DNA of 64,000 nucleotides from Escherichia coli (GCF_013122565.1 NZ_CP053258.1); one strand, 5' to 3'. Numbered from the stretch's first letter, positions 30,862-41,474 are shown. The notes: generated by a model from the sequence alone, not told the origin. Numbers and translations: made by a program.

Positions 30862-31992
30862 ATGTTCCAGTTATCCGTACAGGACATCCATCCGGGCGAA
30901 AAGGCCGGAGACAAAGAAGAGGCGATTCGCCAGGTCGCTGCGGCGCTGGTGCAGGCCGGTAATGTAGCAGAAGGCTACGTCAATGGCATGCTGGCGCGCG
31001 AACAGCAAACCTCAACGTTCCTCGGCAATGGTATTGCTATTCCCCACGGCACTACCGACACCCGCGATCAGGTGCTGAAAACCGGCGTTCAGGTATTTCA
31101 GTTCCCGGAAGGCGTCACCTGGGGTGACGGTCAGGTAGCGTACGTAGCGATCGGTATTGCTGCCAGCTCGGATGAGCATCTGGGCCTGCTACGCCAGCTG
31201 ACCCACGTACTGAGCGATGATTCCGTTGCTGAACAACTGAAGTCAGCAACAACAGCAGAAGAACTTCGCGCATTGCTGATGGGCGAAAAGCAGAGTGAGC
31301 AGCTGAAGCTCGACAACGAAATGCTGACGCTGGATATCGTCGCCAGCGATCTGCTGACTCTTCAGGCGCTTAACGCTGCGCGTCTGAAAGAAGCGGGAGC
31401 AGTTGACGCCACTTACGTCACCAAAGCCATCAATGAACAACCGCTGAACCTCGGACAGGGCATCTGGCTGAGCGATAGCGCCGAAGGCAATCTGCGTAGC
31501 GCGATTGCGGTAAGCCGTGCGGCAAATGCTTTTGATGTGGACGGCGAAACGGCAGCCATGCTGGTGAGTGTGGCGATGAATGACGATCAGCCCATCGCGG
31601 TTCTTAAGCGTCTCGCTGATTTGTTGCTCGACAATAAAGCTGACCGCTTGCTGAAAGCGGATGCGGCAACGTTGCTGGCGCTGCTGACCAGCGATGATGC
31701 GCCGACCGACGACGTGTTAAGCGCGGAGTTTGTGGTGCGCAATGAACACGGCCTGCATGCTCGTCCAGGTACCATGCTGGTCAATACCATTAAACAATTT
31801 AACAGTGATATTACCGTGACAAACCTTGATGGCACCGGCAAACCGGCAAACGGACGTAGTCTGATGAAAGTTGTGGCACTTGGCGTTAAGAAAGGTCATC
31901 GCCTACGCTTTACCGCCCAGGGTGCAGATGCTGAACAGGCGCTGAAAGCCATTGGCGAAGCTATCGCTGCTGGTCTTGGGGAGGGCGCATAA
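30862..31992 (+). CDS. fruB: Fructose PTS diphosphoryl transfer protein FruB (IIA-Fru plus FPr/HPr-like domain)
   Basis: 376-aa ORF; N-terminal IIA-like domain and C-terminal HPr-like domain (…[11 protein letters not shown]…). Confidence 0.9.
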   Translation: MFQLSVQDIHPGEKAGDKEEAIRQVAAALVQAGNVAEGYVNGMLAREQQTSTFLGNGIAIPHGTTDTRDQVLKTGVQVFQFPEGVTWGDGQVAYVAIGIAASSDEHLGLLRQLTHVLSDDSVAEQLKSATTAEELRALLMGEKQSEQLKLDNEMLTLDIVASDLLTLQALNAARLKEAGAVDATYVTKAINEQPLNLGQGIWLSDSAEGNLRSAIAVSRAANAFDVDGETAAMLVSVAMNDDQPIAVLKRLADLLLDNKADRLLKADAATLLALLTSDDAPTDDVLSAEFVVRNEHGLHARPGTMLVNTIKQFNSDITVTNLDGTGKPANGRSLMKVVALGVKKGHRLRFTAQGADAEQALKAIGEAIAAGLGEGA

Positions 31993-32930
31993 TGAGCAGA
32001 CGTGTTGCTACTATCACCCTTAATCCGGCTTATGACCTTGTTGGTTTCTGCCCGGAAATTGAACGCGGCGAAGTGAACCTGGTGAAAACCACCGGTCTGC
32101 ATGCGGCGGGTAAAGGCATCAACGTGGCCAAAGTATTAAAAGACCTGGGAATTGATGTCACCGTTGGCGGCTTCCTGGGTAAAGACAATCAGGATGGTTT
32201 TCAGCAACTGTTCAGCGAGCTGGGCATTGCCAACCGTTTCCAGGTTGTACAGGGGCGCACCCGAATTAACGTTAAGCTGACGGAAAAAGACGGCGAAGTG
32301 ACCGACTTCAACTTCTCGGGTTTTGAAGTCACTCCCGCCGACTGGGAACGCTTTGTGACTGATTCTCTGAGCTGGCTCGGTCAGTTCGATATGGTCTGTG
32401 TCAGCGGAAGCTTACCGTCAGGCGTCAGCCCGGAAGCGTTCACCGACTGGATGACTCGCCTGCGTAGTCAGTGCCCTTGCATTATCTTTGATAGTAGCCG
32501 TGAAGCGTTAGTAGCAGGTTTGAAAGCGGCACCGTGGTTGGTGAAACCTAACCGCCGCGAGCTGGAAATCTGGGCAGGCCGTAAACTGCCTGAAATGAAA
32601 GATGTGATTGAAGCTGCGCATGCGCTGCGTGAACAAGGTATTGCGCATGTTGTTATTTCACTGGGTGCCGAAGGCGCGCTTTGGGTTAATGCCTCCGGCG
32701 AATGGATCGCCAAACCACCGTCAGTCGATGTCGTAAGCACCGTTGGCGCAGGGGATTCTATGGTTGGTGGCCTGATTTATGGCTTGCTGATGCGTGAATC
32801 CAGTGAACACACACTGCGTCTGGCGACAGCTGTTGCAGCCCTGGCGGTAAGTCAAAGCAATGTGGGTATTACCGATCGTCCGCAGTTGGCCGCAATGATG
32901 GCGCGCGTCGACTTACAACCTTTTAACTGA
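31992..32930 (+). CDS. fruK: 1-phosphofructokinase
   Basis: 312-aa PfkB-family kinase (…GAGDSMVGGLIYGL…); start overlaps the fruB stop. Confidence 0.9.
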   Translation: MSRRVATITLNPAYDLVGFCPEIERGEVNLVKTTGLHAAGKGINVAKVLKDLGIDVTVGGFLGKDNQDGFQQLFSELGIANRFQVVQGRTRINVKLTEKDGEVTDFNFSGFEVTPADWERFVTDSLSWLGQFDMVCVSGSLPSGVSPEAFTDWMTRLRSQCPCIIFDSSREALVAGLKAAPWLVKPNRRELEIWAGRKLPEMKDVIEAAHALREQGIAHVVISLGAEGALWVNASGEWIAKPPSVDVVSTVGAGDSMVGGLIYGLLMRESSEHTLRLATAVAALAVSQSNVGITDRPQLAAMMARVDLQPFN

Positions 32931-32946
32931 CAGCAGGAGAGGCATA

Positions 32947-34638
32947 ATGAAAACGCTGCTGATTATTGACGCTAATCTCGGTCAGGCACGCGCCTATATG
33001 GCGAAGACCCTGCTGGGCGCGGCGGCGCGAAAAGCAAAACTGGAAATCATCGACAATCCGAACGACGCTGAAATGGCGATTGTTCTCGGTGATTCCATCC
33101 CGAACGACAGCGCGCTGAACGGTAAAAATGTCTGGCTGGGCGATATTTCCCGGGCAGTTGCGCACCCTGAGCTGTTCCTGAGCGAAGCCAAAGGCCATGC
33201 GAAACCTTACACTGCGCCGGTCGCTGCGACAGCACCGGTTGCCGCCAGCGGTCCGAAACGCGTAGTTGCGGTGACTGCTTGCCCGACTGGCGTAGCACAC
33301 ACCTTTATGGCGGCTGAAGCCATTGAAACCGAAGCGAAAAAACGTGGCTGGTGGGTGAAAGTTGAAACCCGTGGTTCTGTTGGCGCGGGTAATGCAATCA
33401 CTCCAGAAGAAGTAGCCGCAGCGGATCTGGTGATTGTGGCGGCAGATATCGAAGTGGATCTGGCGAAATTTGCTGGTAAACCGATGTATCGTACCTCTAC
33501 CGGTCTGGCGCTGAAGAAAACCGCGCAGGAACTGGATAAAGCGGTTGCTGAAGCAACGCCGTATGAACCGGCGGGCAAAGCTCAAACGGCGACCTCTGAA
33601 GGTAAGAAAGAGAGTGCAGGCGCATACCGTCACTTGCTGACGGGCGTCTCTTACATGCTGCCGATGGTCGTTGCAGGTGGTCTGTGTATCGCGCTTTCTT
33701 TTGCTTTTGGTATCGAAGCGTTTAAAGAGCCGGGTACGTTGGCAGCGGCGCTGATGCAGATTGGTGGTGGTTCAGCCTTTGCGCTGATGGTGCCGGTACT
33801 GGCAGGTTACATTGCCTTCTCCATTGCCGATCGTCCGGGTCTCACGCCGGGTCTGATTGGCGGTATGCTGGCGGTCAGCACCGGTTCTGGCTTCATTGGC
33901 GGTATTATTGCGGGCTTCCTGGCTGGTTACATTGCGAAGTTAATCAGTACGCAACTGAAACTGCCACAGAGTATGGAGGCGCTGAAACCGATCCTGATCA
34001 TTCCGCTAATTTCCAGTCTGGTGGTCGGTCTGGCGATGATCTACCTGATCGGTAAACCGGTTGCTGGCATTCTCGAAGGGTTGACTCACTGGCTGCAGAC
34101 CATGGGGACTGCGAATGCGGTTCTGCTGGGGGCGATCCTCGGTGGCATGATGTGTACTGACATGGGCGGTCCGGTAAATAAAGCAGCGTACGCATTCGGT
34201 GTGGGTCTGCTGAGTACTCAAACCTATGGCCCGATGGCGGCGATTATGGCGGCAGGTATGGTGCCACCGCTGGCAATGGGTCTGGCAACAATGGTGGCGC
34301 GTCGCAAATTTGACAAAGCGCAGCAGGAAGGTGGCAAAGCCGCTCTGGTTCTTGGTCTGTGCTTTATTTCGGAAGGTGCAATTCCGTTTGCTGCTCGTGA
34401 TCCGATGCGTGTGCTGCCGTGCTGTATCGTGGGTGGGGCGCTGACTGGCGCAATCTCAATGGCGATTGGTGCGAAACTGATGGCACCGCACGGTGGTCTG
34501 TTTGTTCTACTGATCCCTGGCGCTATTACGCCTGTATTGGGTTACCTGGTAGCAATTATTGCCGGTACGCTGGTGGCGGGTTTGGCCTATGCCTTCCTGA
34601 AACGTCCGGAAGTGGACGCAGTAGCGAAAGCAGCGTAA
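32947..34638 (+). CDS. fruA: Fructose PTS permease IIB'BC component
   Basis: 563-aa ORF with duplicated IIB domains (CPTGVAHT) and an IIC membrane domain. Confidence 0.9.
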   Translation: MKTLLIIDANLGQARAYMAKTLLGAAARKAKLEIIDNPNDAEMAIVLGDSIPNDSALNGKNVWLGDISRAVAHPELFLSEAKGHAKPYTAPVAATAPVAASGPKRVVAVTACPTGVAHTFMAAEAIETEAKKRGWWVKVETRGSVGAGNAITPEEVAAADLVIVAADIEVDLAKFAGKPMYRTSTGLALKKTAQELDKAVAEATPYEPAGKAQTATSEGKKESAGAYRHLLTGVSYMLPMVVAGGLCIALSFAFGIEAFKEPGTLAAALMQIGGGSAFALMVPVLAGYIAFSIADRPGLTPGLIGGMLAVSTGSGFIGGIIAGFLAGYIAKLISTQLKLPQSMEALKPILIIPLISSLVVGLAMIYLIGKPVAGILEGLTHWLQTMGTANAVLLGAILGGMMCTDMGGPVNKAAYAFGVGLLSTQTYGPMAAIMAAGMVPPLAMGLATMVARRKFDKAQQEGGKAALVLGLCFISEGAIPFAARDPMRVLPCCIVGGALTGAISMAIGAKLMAPHGGLFVLLIPGAITPVLGYLVAIIAGTLVAGLAYAFLKRPEVDAVAKAA

Positions 34639-34649
34639 TAAAAGGTGTG

Positions 34650-34680
34650 TTACAGGGCAGAAATTTCCTGCCCTGTATCA
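34650..34680 (+). terminator. Putative terminator downstream of fruA
   Basis: Hairpin acagggcag-aaatttc-ctgccctgt immediately after the fruA stop; weak T-tract. Confidence 0.45.
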
Positions 34681-34946
34681 TTGGATGAGCGCAAAGGGAA
34701 TGACCGGCTTATGAATGTAATTTTATGAATTTAAATGGTTTTATCTTTCAGTAGAAACCTGAAACGTTCATCAAACACTAAGGTTATTTCCTCAAGGGCA
34801 GATTATTTTCTGCCCTTTTTTATTGTTCCTGTTCTGTGCATCCCGTCACAAATTCCTCGCTTTTGTAATTCAGGCATTTAATCGCATTTTGTGAGCCTGC
34901 TCAAATCTGCCCATTTTGCCTCTCTGGCGGTAATTTACTTTACGTA

Positions 34947-34994
34947 AAACATGCATACTATGAGCACATGTTTAAATATGAACACATGTTTAAA
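34947..34994. promoter_or_regulatory. Repeat-containing putative operator in the psuK promoter region
   Basis: Two direct copies of CACATGTTTAAA (34965-34976 and 34983-34994) plus an inverted half-site AAACATG (34947-34953), 70-115 bp upstream of psuK. Confidence 0.4.
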
Positions 34995-35061
34995 CCGTCT
35001 TTGCAGTATCTATATTCTTGTGGATTGACAGGGTTGGTAATTTTTTACCAGAGGACGTGCT

Positions 35062-36003
35062 ATGCGCGAAAAGGATTATGTCGTAATTATAGGTTCGGCG
35101 AATATTGATGTCGCCGGATATTCACATGAATCATTAAATTATGCGGATTCAAATCCAGGTAAAATAAAATTTACGCCTGGTGGAGTCGGGCGCAATATTG
35201 CACAAAACCTGGCGTTGCTGGGGAATAAAGCCTGGCTACTTAGCGCAGTAGGCAGTGATTTTTATGGTCAATCGTTGCTAACGCAAACCAATCAATCTGG
35301 TGTTTATGTCGATAAATGCCTGATTGTGCCGGGAGAAAATACGTCGAGCTATTTATCATTACTCGATAATACCGGTGAAATGCTGGTTGCTATAAATGAC
35401 ATGAATATTAGCAACGCTATTACAGCTGAATATCTCGCACAGCACCGTGAATTTATTCAGAGGGCAAAGGTCATTGTCGCGGACTGTAATATCAGTGAAG
35501 AGGCACTGGCATGGATTCTGGATAATGCCGCCAACGTACCCGTATTTGTCGATCCTGTTTCCGCGTGGAAATGTGTCAAAGTGCGCGACCGTCTAAATCA
35601 GATCCACACTCTCAAACCAAACCGCCTTGAAGCGGAAACCCTGAGTGGGATTGCGCTGTCAGGGCGTGCAGATGTGGCAAAAGTTGCTGCCTGGTTCCAT
35701 CAACATGGCCTGAACCGACTGGTATTGAGCATGGGCGGCGACGGCGTTTATTACAGCGATATCAGCGGTGAAAGTGGCTGGTCTGCGCCGATCAAAACCA
35801 ATGTCATTAATGTTACCGGAGCGGGCGATGCCATGATGGCGGGGCTTGCTTCGTGTTGGGTAGACGGAATGCCGTTTGCCGAATCTGTTCGTTTCGCACA
35901 GGGATGTTCGTCAATGGCGCTCTCCTGTGAATACACCAATAACCCCGATTTATCGATTGCCAACGTTATATCGTTAGTGGAGAACGCAGAATGTCTGAAT
36001 TAA
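35062..36003 (+). CDS. psuK: Pseudouridine kinase (PfkB family)
   Basis: 313-aa ribokinase-like ORF (…TGAGDAMMAGL…); overlaps psuG by 13 nt. Confidence 0.85.
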   Translation: MREKDYVVIIGSANIDVAGYSHESLNYADSNPGKIKFTPGGVGRNIAQNLALLGNKAWLLSAVGSDFYGQSLLTQTNQSGVYVDKCLIVPGENTSSYLSLLDNTGEMLVAINDMNISNAITAEYLAQHREFIQRAKVIVADCNISEEALAWILDNAANVPVFVDPVSAWKCVKVRDRLNQIHTLKPNRLEAETLSGIALSGRADVAKVAAWFHQHGLNRLVLSMGGDGVYYSDISGESGWSAPIKTNVINVTGAGDAMMAGLASCWVDGMPFAESVRFAQGCSSMALSCEYTNNPDLSIANVISLVENAECLN

Positions 36004-36929
36004 AAATTTCCCCTGAATTATTACAAATTTCCCCGGAAGTGCAGGACGCTTTAAAAAACAAAAAACCGGTTGTGGCGCTGGAATCGACCATTATTTCTCA
36101 CGGGATGCCGTTCCCACAAAATGCCCAGACCGCAATTGAAGTTGAAGAAACTATTCGTAAACAGGGCGCAGTACCTGCCACTATCGCCATTATTGGTGGC
36201 GTGATGAAAGTGGGTTTAAGCAAAGAAGAAATTGAATTACTGGGTCGTGAAGGGCATAACGTGACTAAAGTTAGTCGTCGCGATTTACCTTTTGTCGTTG
36301 CCGCCGGAAAAAATGGCGCAACCACCGTGGCTTCAACGATGATTATTGCGGCGCTTGCCGGAATTAAAGTATTTGCCACCGGCGGAATTGGTGGTGTTCA
36401 TCGCGGGGCGGAACATACCTTCGATATTTCTGCCGATTTGCAAGAACTGGCAAATACTAATGTCACCGTTGTTTGTGCCGGGGCGAAATCTATTCTCGAT
36501 TTAGGCTTAACTACCGAATATTTAGAAACTTTCGGTGTACCGCTAATTGGCTATCAGACCAAAGCGTTGCCTGCGTTTTTCTGCCGCACCAGCCCGTTTG
36601 ACGTCAGCATTCGTCTCGACAGCGCCAGTGAAATTGCCCGTGCAATGGCGGTGAAATGGCAAAGCGGGCTGAACGGTGGCCTCGTGGTAGCGAACCCGAT
36701 CCCGGAACAGTTTGCGATGCCGGAACAGACCATTAACGCTGCGATTGATCAGGCAGTGGCAGAAGCCGAAGAACAGGGAGTCATTGGTAAAGAAAGTACG
36801 CCATTCCTGCTGGCGCGCGTTGCTGAGCTGACCGGCGGTGACAGCCTGAAATCCAACATCCAGCTGGTGTTCAACAACGCCATTCTGGCGAGCGAAATTG
36901 CCAAAGAATATCAGCGTCTCGCGGGTTAA
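35991..36929 (+). CDS. psuG: Pseudouridine-5'-phosphate glycosidase
   Basis: 312-aa ORF of the IndA/PsuG family; conserved position. Confidence 0.85.
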   Translation: MSELKISPELLQISPEVQDALKNKKPVVALESTIISHGMPFPQNAQTAIEVEETIRKQGAVPATIAIIGGVMKVGLSKEEIELLGREGHNVTKVSRRDLPFVVAAGKNGATTVASTMIIAALAGIKVFATGGIGGVHRGAEHTFDISADLQELANTNVTVVCAGAKSILDLGLTTEYLETFGVPLIGYQTKALPAFFCRTSPFDVSIRLDSASEIARAMAVKWQSGLNGGLVVANPIPEQFAMPEQTINAAIDQAVAEAEEQGVIGKESTPFLLARVAELTGGDSLKSNIQLVFNNAILASEIAKEYQRLAG

Positions 36930-37022
36930 TTTCTGACGGGCAGAAAGCCGTCGCCCGTACTCATCAAGCATACCAAAACCTGGCGCTGACGCCGGGTTTA
37001 CTGGCATGAAGGGAAAATCATT

Positions 37023-38273
37023 ATGGATATAATGAGAAGTGTTGTGGGGATGGTGGTGTTACTGGCAATAGCATTTCTGTTGTCAGTGAATAAAAAGAGC
37101 ATCAGTTTGCGCACGGTTGGAGCCGCACTGCTGCTGCAAATCGCTATTGGTGGCATCATGCTCTACTTCCCACCGGGAAAATGGGCAGTAGAACAGGCGG
37201 CATTAGGCGTTCATAAAGTGATGTCTTACAGTGATGCCGGTAGCGCCTTTATTTTTGGTTCGCTGGTTGGGCCGAAAATGGATGTCCTGTTTGACGGTGC
37301 GGGTTTTATCTTCGCCTTTCGCGTACTTCCGGCGATTATCTTCGTCACTGCGCTCATTAGTCTGCTGTACTACATTGGCGTGATGGGGCTGCTGATTCGC
37401 ATCCTTGGCAGCATTTTCCAGAAAGCCCTCAACATCAGCAAAATCGAATCTTTTGTCGCAGTCACCACTATTTTCCTCGGGCAAAATGAGATCCCGGCGA
37501 TCGTTAAACCGTTTATCGATCGCATGAATCGCAACGAGTTGTTTACCGCAATTTGTAGCGGGATGGCGTCCATTGCTGGTTCGATGATGATTGGTTATGC
37601 CGGAATGGGCGTACCAATTGACTACCTGTTAGCGGCATCGCTGATGGCGATCCCCGGCGGTATTTTGTTTGCACGTATTCTTAGCCCGGCAACCGAGCCT
37701 TCGCAGGTCACATTTGAAAATCTGTCGTTCAGCGAAACGCCGCCAAAAAGCTTTATCGAAGCGGCGGCGAGCGGTGCGATGACCGGGCTGAAAATCGCCG
37801 CTGGTGTGGCGACGGTGGTCATGGCGTTTGTCGCAATTATTGCGCTGATCAACGGCATTATCGGCGGAATTGGCGGCTGGTTTGGTTTTGCCAATGCCTC
37901 TCTGGAAAGTATTTTTGGCTATGTGCTGGCACCGCTGGCGTGGATCATGGGTGTGGACTGGAGTGATGCCAATCTTGCGGGTAGCCTGATTGGGCAGAAA
38001 CTGGCGATTAACGAATTCGTCGCTTACCTGAGTTTCTCCCCATACCTGCAAACGGGCGGCACGCTGGAAGTGAAAACCATTGCGATTATCTCCTTTGCGC
38101 TTTGTGGTTTTGCTAACTTTGGTTCTATCGGTGTTGTCGTTGGCGCATTTTCGGCTATTTCGCCAAAACGTGCTCCGGAAATCGCTCAGCTTGGTTTACG
38201 GGCGCTGGCAGCAGCAACGCTTTCCAACCTGATGAGCGCGACTATTGCCGGGTTCTTTATTGGTTTAGCTTGA
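37023..38273 (+). CDS. psuT: NupC-family (CNT) nucleoside transporter PsuT (YeiM)
   Basis: 416-aa polytopic membrane protein; about 90% identical to the nupX product in this window. Confidence 0.85.
   Translation: MDIMRSVVGMVVLLAIAFLLSVNKKSISLRTVGAALLLQIAIGGIMLYFPPGKWAVEQAALGVHKVMSYSDAGSAFIFGSLVGPKMDVLFDGAGFIFAFRVLPAIIFVTALISLLYYIGVMGLLIRILGSIFQKALNISKIESFVAVTTIFLGQNEIPAIVKPFIDRMNRNELFTAICSGMASIAGSMMIGYAGMGVPIDYLLAASLMAIPGGILFARILSPATEPSQVTFENLSFSETPPKSFIEAAASGAMTGLKIAAGVATVVMAFVAIIALINGIIGGIGGWFGFANASLESIFGYVLAPLAWIMGVDWSDANLAGSLIGQKLAINEFVAYLSFSPYLQTGGTLEVKTIAIISFALCGFANFGSIGVVVGAFSAISPKRAPEIAQLGLRALAAATLSNLMSATIAGFFIGLA
37023..38273 (+). repeat. Dispersed duplication, copy A (psuT coding region; leader motif at 36933-36956)
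   Basis: Near-identical at the protein level (about 90%) to copy B, with shared 5'-leader motifs. Confidence 0.7.
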
Positions 38274-38281
38274 GTTTTATT

Positions 38282-38317
38282 GCCGGATGTACTCGCTTAT
38301 TAAGCGTTGCATCCGGC
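38282..38317. repeat. REP (repetitive extragenic palindromic) element
   Basis: GCCGGATG…CATCCGGC palindrome typical of E. coli REP units, between psuT and yeiL. Confidence 0.6.
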
Positions 38318-38340
38318 AATCGCACTATTGCAAATAATAT

Positions 38341-39000
38341 TTACTGCATCATCCCGGAGAATTTATTCTCCGGGTCCATCTCCAGCGCCAGTCCTGACAA
38401 CTGCTTTCTGTTTTTAATTAGATATCCTTTCTTGCTTTTAATTAATAAACCGTCGTGAATGAATTGTGCGAGAACATATAAAAGATGTCGATAAGAAACG
38501 CCTAAATACTCTGCCGCTTGCGTATGCTTTTCGTGATAAAGATCACCTTCTTGTGAGAGTAATATAAATGCTGCCAGGCGATTCACTAACGGAAATGATT
38601 GATTCTGAGTTAAAGAAACAATATTACGATAATTTTTATGACTTAAGGTGACGCAAAGTTTTCGTAAAAATAGGGTGTCGTTTAATAACAGCGGACGGTA
38701 ATGTTTCATAGGGAGCGCAAGGCACCAACACTCTTCAATAGCCTGTACCGCACGCGGTTCATGGTCTTTATCGATTAACTCAATCTCACCAATAAAACAG
38801 GGGGCGGCAAAGAAATCGATCAGCGACACGCGACCATTAGCTAGCGTGGCGTAAAGCCTGGCGCGGCCTCGCGTCAGGTAAAACAGCCAGGACGGCTGTT
38901 GCCCTTCCTGCACAATGTAGTCACGCGCTAAAAAATGAAACAGCCGCGTATCGGCTGAAACATCCGTTAAAAAGCAATCCTTAAACGCGGATTCACTCAT
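38341..39000 (-). CDS. yeiL: CRP/FNR-family transcriptional regulator YeiL
   Basis: cNMP-binding-like domain plus C-terminal HTH; start trimmed to [10 protein letters not shown]… (219 aa). Confidence 0.8.
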
Positions 39001-39168
39001 CAATTGCTGCTTAAGATCATTATTGTGGATTTCTTTCACGATGTTTATCCGCTATGAGATTTCTCATATTTAGCATACGTACGCTGTTGTTAAGATTCAA
39101 TCATCGGCCCGATCGAAATTTCTTTGCTGTAGAAAAAATAACGCAACTGGAAACAGAGGAAATAAACA

Positions 39169-40110
39169 ATGGAAAAGAGAAAAATTATTCTGGATTGTGA
39201 TCCGGGTCATGATGATGCTATTGCTATAATGATGGCGGCGAAACATCCGGCAATAGATTTATTAGGCATCACTATTGTAGCGGGTAATCAGACGCTTGAT
39301 AAAACATTAATTAATGGCCTGAATGTTTGCCAGAAACTGGAGATTAATGTTCCGGTTTATGCGGGGATGCCACAACCCATTATGCGGCAACAAATCGTTG
39401 CCGATAATATTCACGGTGATACCGGACTGGATGGCCCGGTATTCGAGCCGCTGACCCGCCAGGCAGAAAGCACTCATGCGGTGAAATACATCATTGATAC
39501 CCTGATGGCAAGCGATGGCGATATCACTCTGGTGCCGGTTGGTCCGCTTTCAAATATCGCGGTGGCAATGCGTATGCAACCCGCGATCCTGCCCAAAATC
39601 CGTGAAATTGTGCTAATGGGCGGCGCTTACGGTACAGGCAACTTCACGCCATCTGCCGAGTTCAACATCTTTGCTGACCCGGAAGCCGCACGCGTGGTGT
39701 TCACCTCCGGCGTTCCATTAGTGATGATGGGCCTCGATCTTACCAACCAGACCGTTTGCACCCCGGACGTGATTGCACGAATGGAAAGGGCAGGCGGCCC
39801 TGCCGGAGAGCTGTTCAGCGACATCATGAACTTCACTCTCAAAACCCAGTTCGAAAACTACGGCCTGGCTGGCGGCCCGGTGCACGACGCCACCTGCATC
39901 GGTTATCTGATTAACCCTGATGGCATTAAAACCCAGGAGATGTACGTCGAAGTGGACGTCAACAGTGGCCCTTGCTATGGGCGTACCGTCTGCGACGAGC
40001 TGGGCGTTCTTGGCAAGCCCGCTAATACCAAAGTCGGCATCACTATTGATACCGACTGGTTCTGGGGCTTAGTCGAAGAGTGCGTGCGCGGCTACATCAA
40101 AACCCATTAA
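39169..40110 (+). CDS. rihB: Pyrimidine-specific ribonucleoside hydrolase RihB (YeiK)
   Basis: 313-aa ORF with N-terminal DxDxxxDD nucleoside-hydrolase motif (DCDPGHDDA). Confidence 0.9.
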   Translation: MEKRKIILDCDPGHDDAIAIMMAAKHPAIDLLGITIVAGNQTLDKTLINGLNVCQKLEINVPVYAGMPQPIMRQQIVADNIHGDTGLDGPVFEPLTRQAESTHAVKYIIDTLMASDGDITLVPVGPLSNIAVAMRMQPAILPKIREIVLMGGAYGTGNFTPSAEFNIFADPEAARVVFTSGVPLVMMGLDLTNQTVCTPDVIARMERAGGPAGELFSDIMNFTLKTQFENYGLAGGPVHDATCIGYLINPDGIKTQEMYVEVDVNSGPCYGRTVCDELGVLGKPANTKVGITIDTDWFWGLVEECVRGYIKTH

Positions 40111-40209
40111 GTGTTGATAACAAGCCGGGTCAGTATCGCAAGATGCAGGCCCGGCTATTTCTGAGGGGCAGAAAGCCGTCGCCCAATATGACATGAAGAG
40201 ATAATCACT

Positions 40210-41460
40210 ATGGATGTCATGAGAAGTGTTCTGGGAATGGTGGTATTGCTGACGATTGCGTTTTTACTGTCAGTAAACAAGAAGAAGATCAGCCTGCGTA
40301 CCGTTGGCGCGGCGTTAGTGTTACAGGTCGTGATTGGCGGCATTATGCTTTGGTTACCGCCAGGGCGTTGGGTCGCTGAAAAAGTCGCTTTTGGCGTGCA
40401 TAAAGTGATGGCGTACAGCGACGCGGGTAGCGCATTTATCTTCGGTTCTCTGGTCGGACCGAAAATGGACACCTTATTTGATGGCGCAGGATTTATCTTT
40501 GGTTTCAGGGTGTTACCGGCAATTATCTTCGTCACCGCGCTGGTGAGTATTCTCTACTACATCGGTGTGATGGGGATCTTAATTCGCATTCTCGGCGGTA
40601 TCTTCCAGAAAGCATTAAATATCAGCAAGATCGAGTCATTCGTCGCGGTCACTACCATTTTCCTCGGGCAAAACGAAATTCCGGCGATCGTCAAACCCTT
40701 TATCGATCGTCTGAATCGCAATGAATTATTTACAGCGATTTGTAGTGGCATGGCCTCGATTGCTGGTTCGACAATGATTGGTTACGCCGCGCTGGGCGTG
40801 CCTGTGGAATATCTGCTGGCGGCATCATTAATGGCGATCCCTGGCGGGATCTTGTTTGCCCGCCTGTTAAGCCCGGCAACGGAATCTTCGCAGGTTTCCT
40901 TTAATAACCTCTCTTTCACCGAAACACCGCCAAAAAGCATTATTGAAGCCGCTGCGACAGGGGCAATGACCGGGCTGAAAATCGCCGCAGGTGTGGCGAC
41001 AGTAGTGATGGCATTTGTCGCCATCATTGCGTTAATTAACGGTATTATCGGCGGCGTTGGCGGCTGGTTTGATTTTGAACATGCCTCGCTGGAATCCATT
41101 TTAGGTTACCTGCTGGCCCTACTGGCGTGGGTGATGGGTGTTGACTGGAGTGATGCGAATCTTGCCGGGAGTTTGATTGGTCAGAAACTGGCAATAAATG
41201 AATTTGTCGCTTATCTCAATTTCTCACCCTATCTGCAAACAGCTGGCACTCTCGATGTTAAAACTGTGGCGATTATTTCCTTCGCGTTGTGCGGTTTCGC
41301 TAACTTTGGTTCTATCGGGGTAGTGGTGGGGGCGTTTTCTGCGGTTGCGCCACACCGCGCGCCGGAAATCGCCCAGCTTGGTTTACGTGCGCTGGCGGCG
41401 GCGACACTTTCTAACCTGATGAGCGCTACCATTGCCGGATTCTTTATTGGTTTAGCGTAG
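40210..41460 (+). CDS. nupX: NupC-family (CNT) nucleoside transporter NupX (YeiJ)
   Basis: 416-aa paralog of psuT (about 90% aa identity by eye). Confidence 0.85.
   Translation: MDVMRSVLGMVVLLTIAFLLSVNKKKISLRTVGAALVLQVVIGGIMLWLPPGRWVAEKVAFGVHKVMAYSDAGSAFIFGSLVGPKMDTLFDGAGFIFGFRVLPAIIFVTALVSILYYIGVMGILIRILGGIFQKALNISKIESFVAVTTIFLGQNEIPAIVKPFIDRLNRNELFTAICSGMASIAGSTMIGYAALGVPVEYLLAASLMAIPGGILFARLLSPATESSQVSFNNLSFTETPPKSIIEAAATGAMTGLKIAAGVATVVMAFVAIIALINGIIGGVGGWFDFEHASLESILGYLLALLAWVMGVDWSDANLAGSLIGQKLAINEFVAYLNFSPYLQTAGTLDVKTVAIISFALCGFANFGSIGVVVGAFSAVAPHRAPEIAQLGLRALAAATLSNLMSATIAGFFIGLA
40210..41460 (+). repeat. Dispersed duplication, copy B (nupX coding region; leader motif at 40161-40184)
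   Basis: Paralogous to copy A; shared leader motif ctgaSgggcagaaagccgtcgccc and a conserved ribosome-binding region. Confidence 0.7.
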
Positions 41461-41474
41461 CGCGCAATTTATGA

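Noticed and set aside
32923-33633. 236-aa antisense ORF overlapping fruK and fruA
   Set aside because: Overlaps two strongly supported genes and is Arg/Cys-rich with low complexity; spurious.
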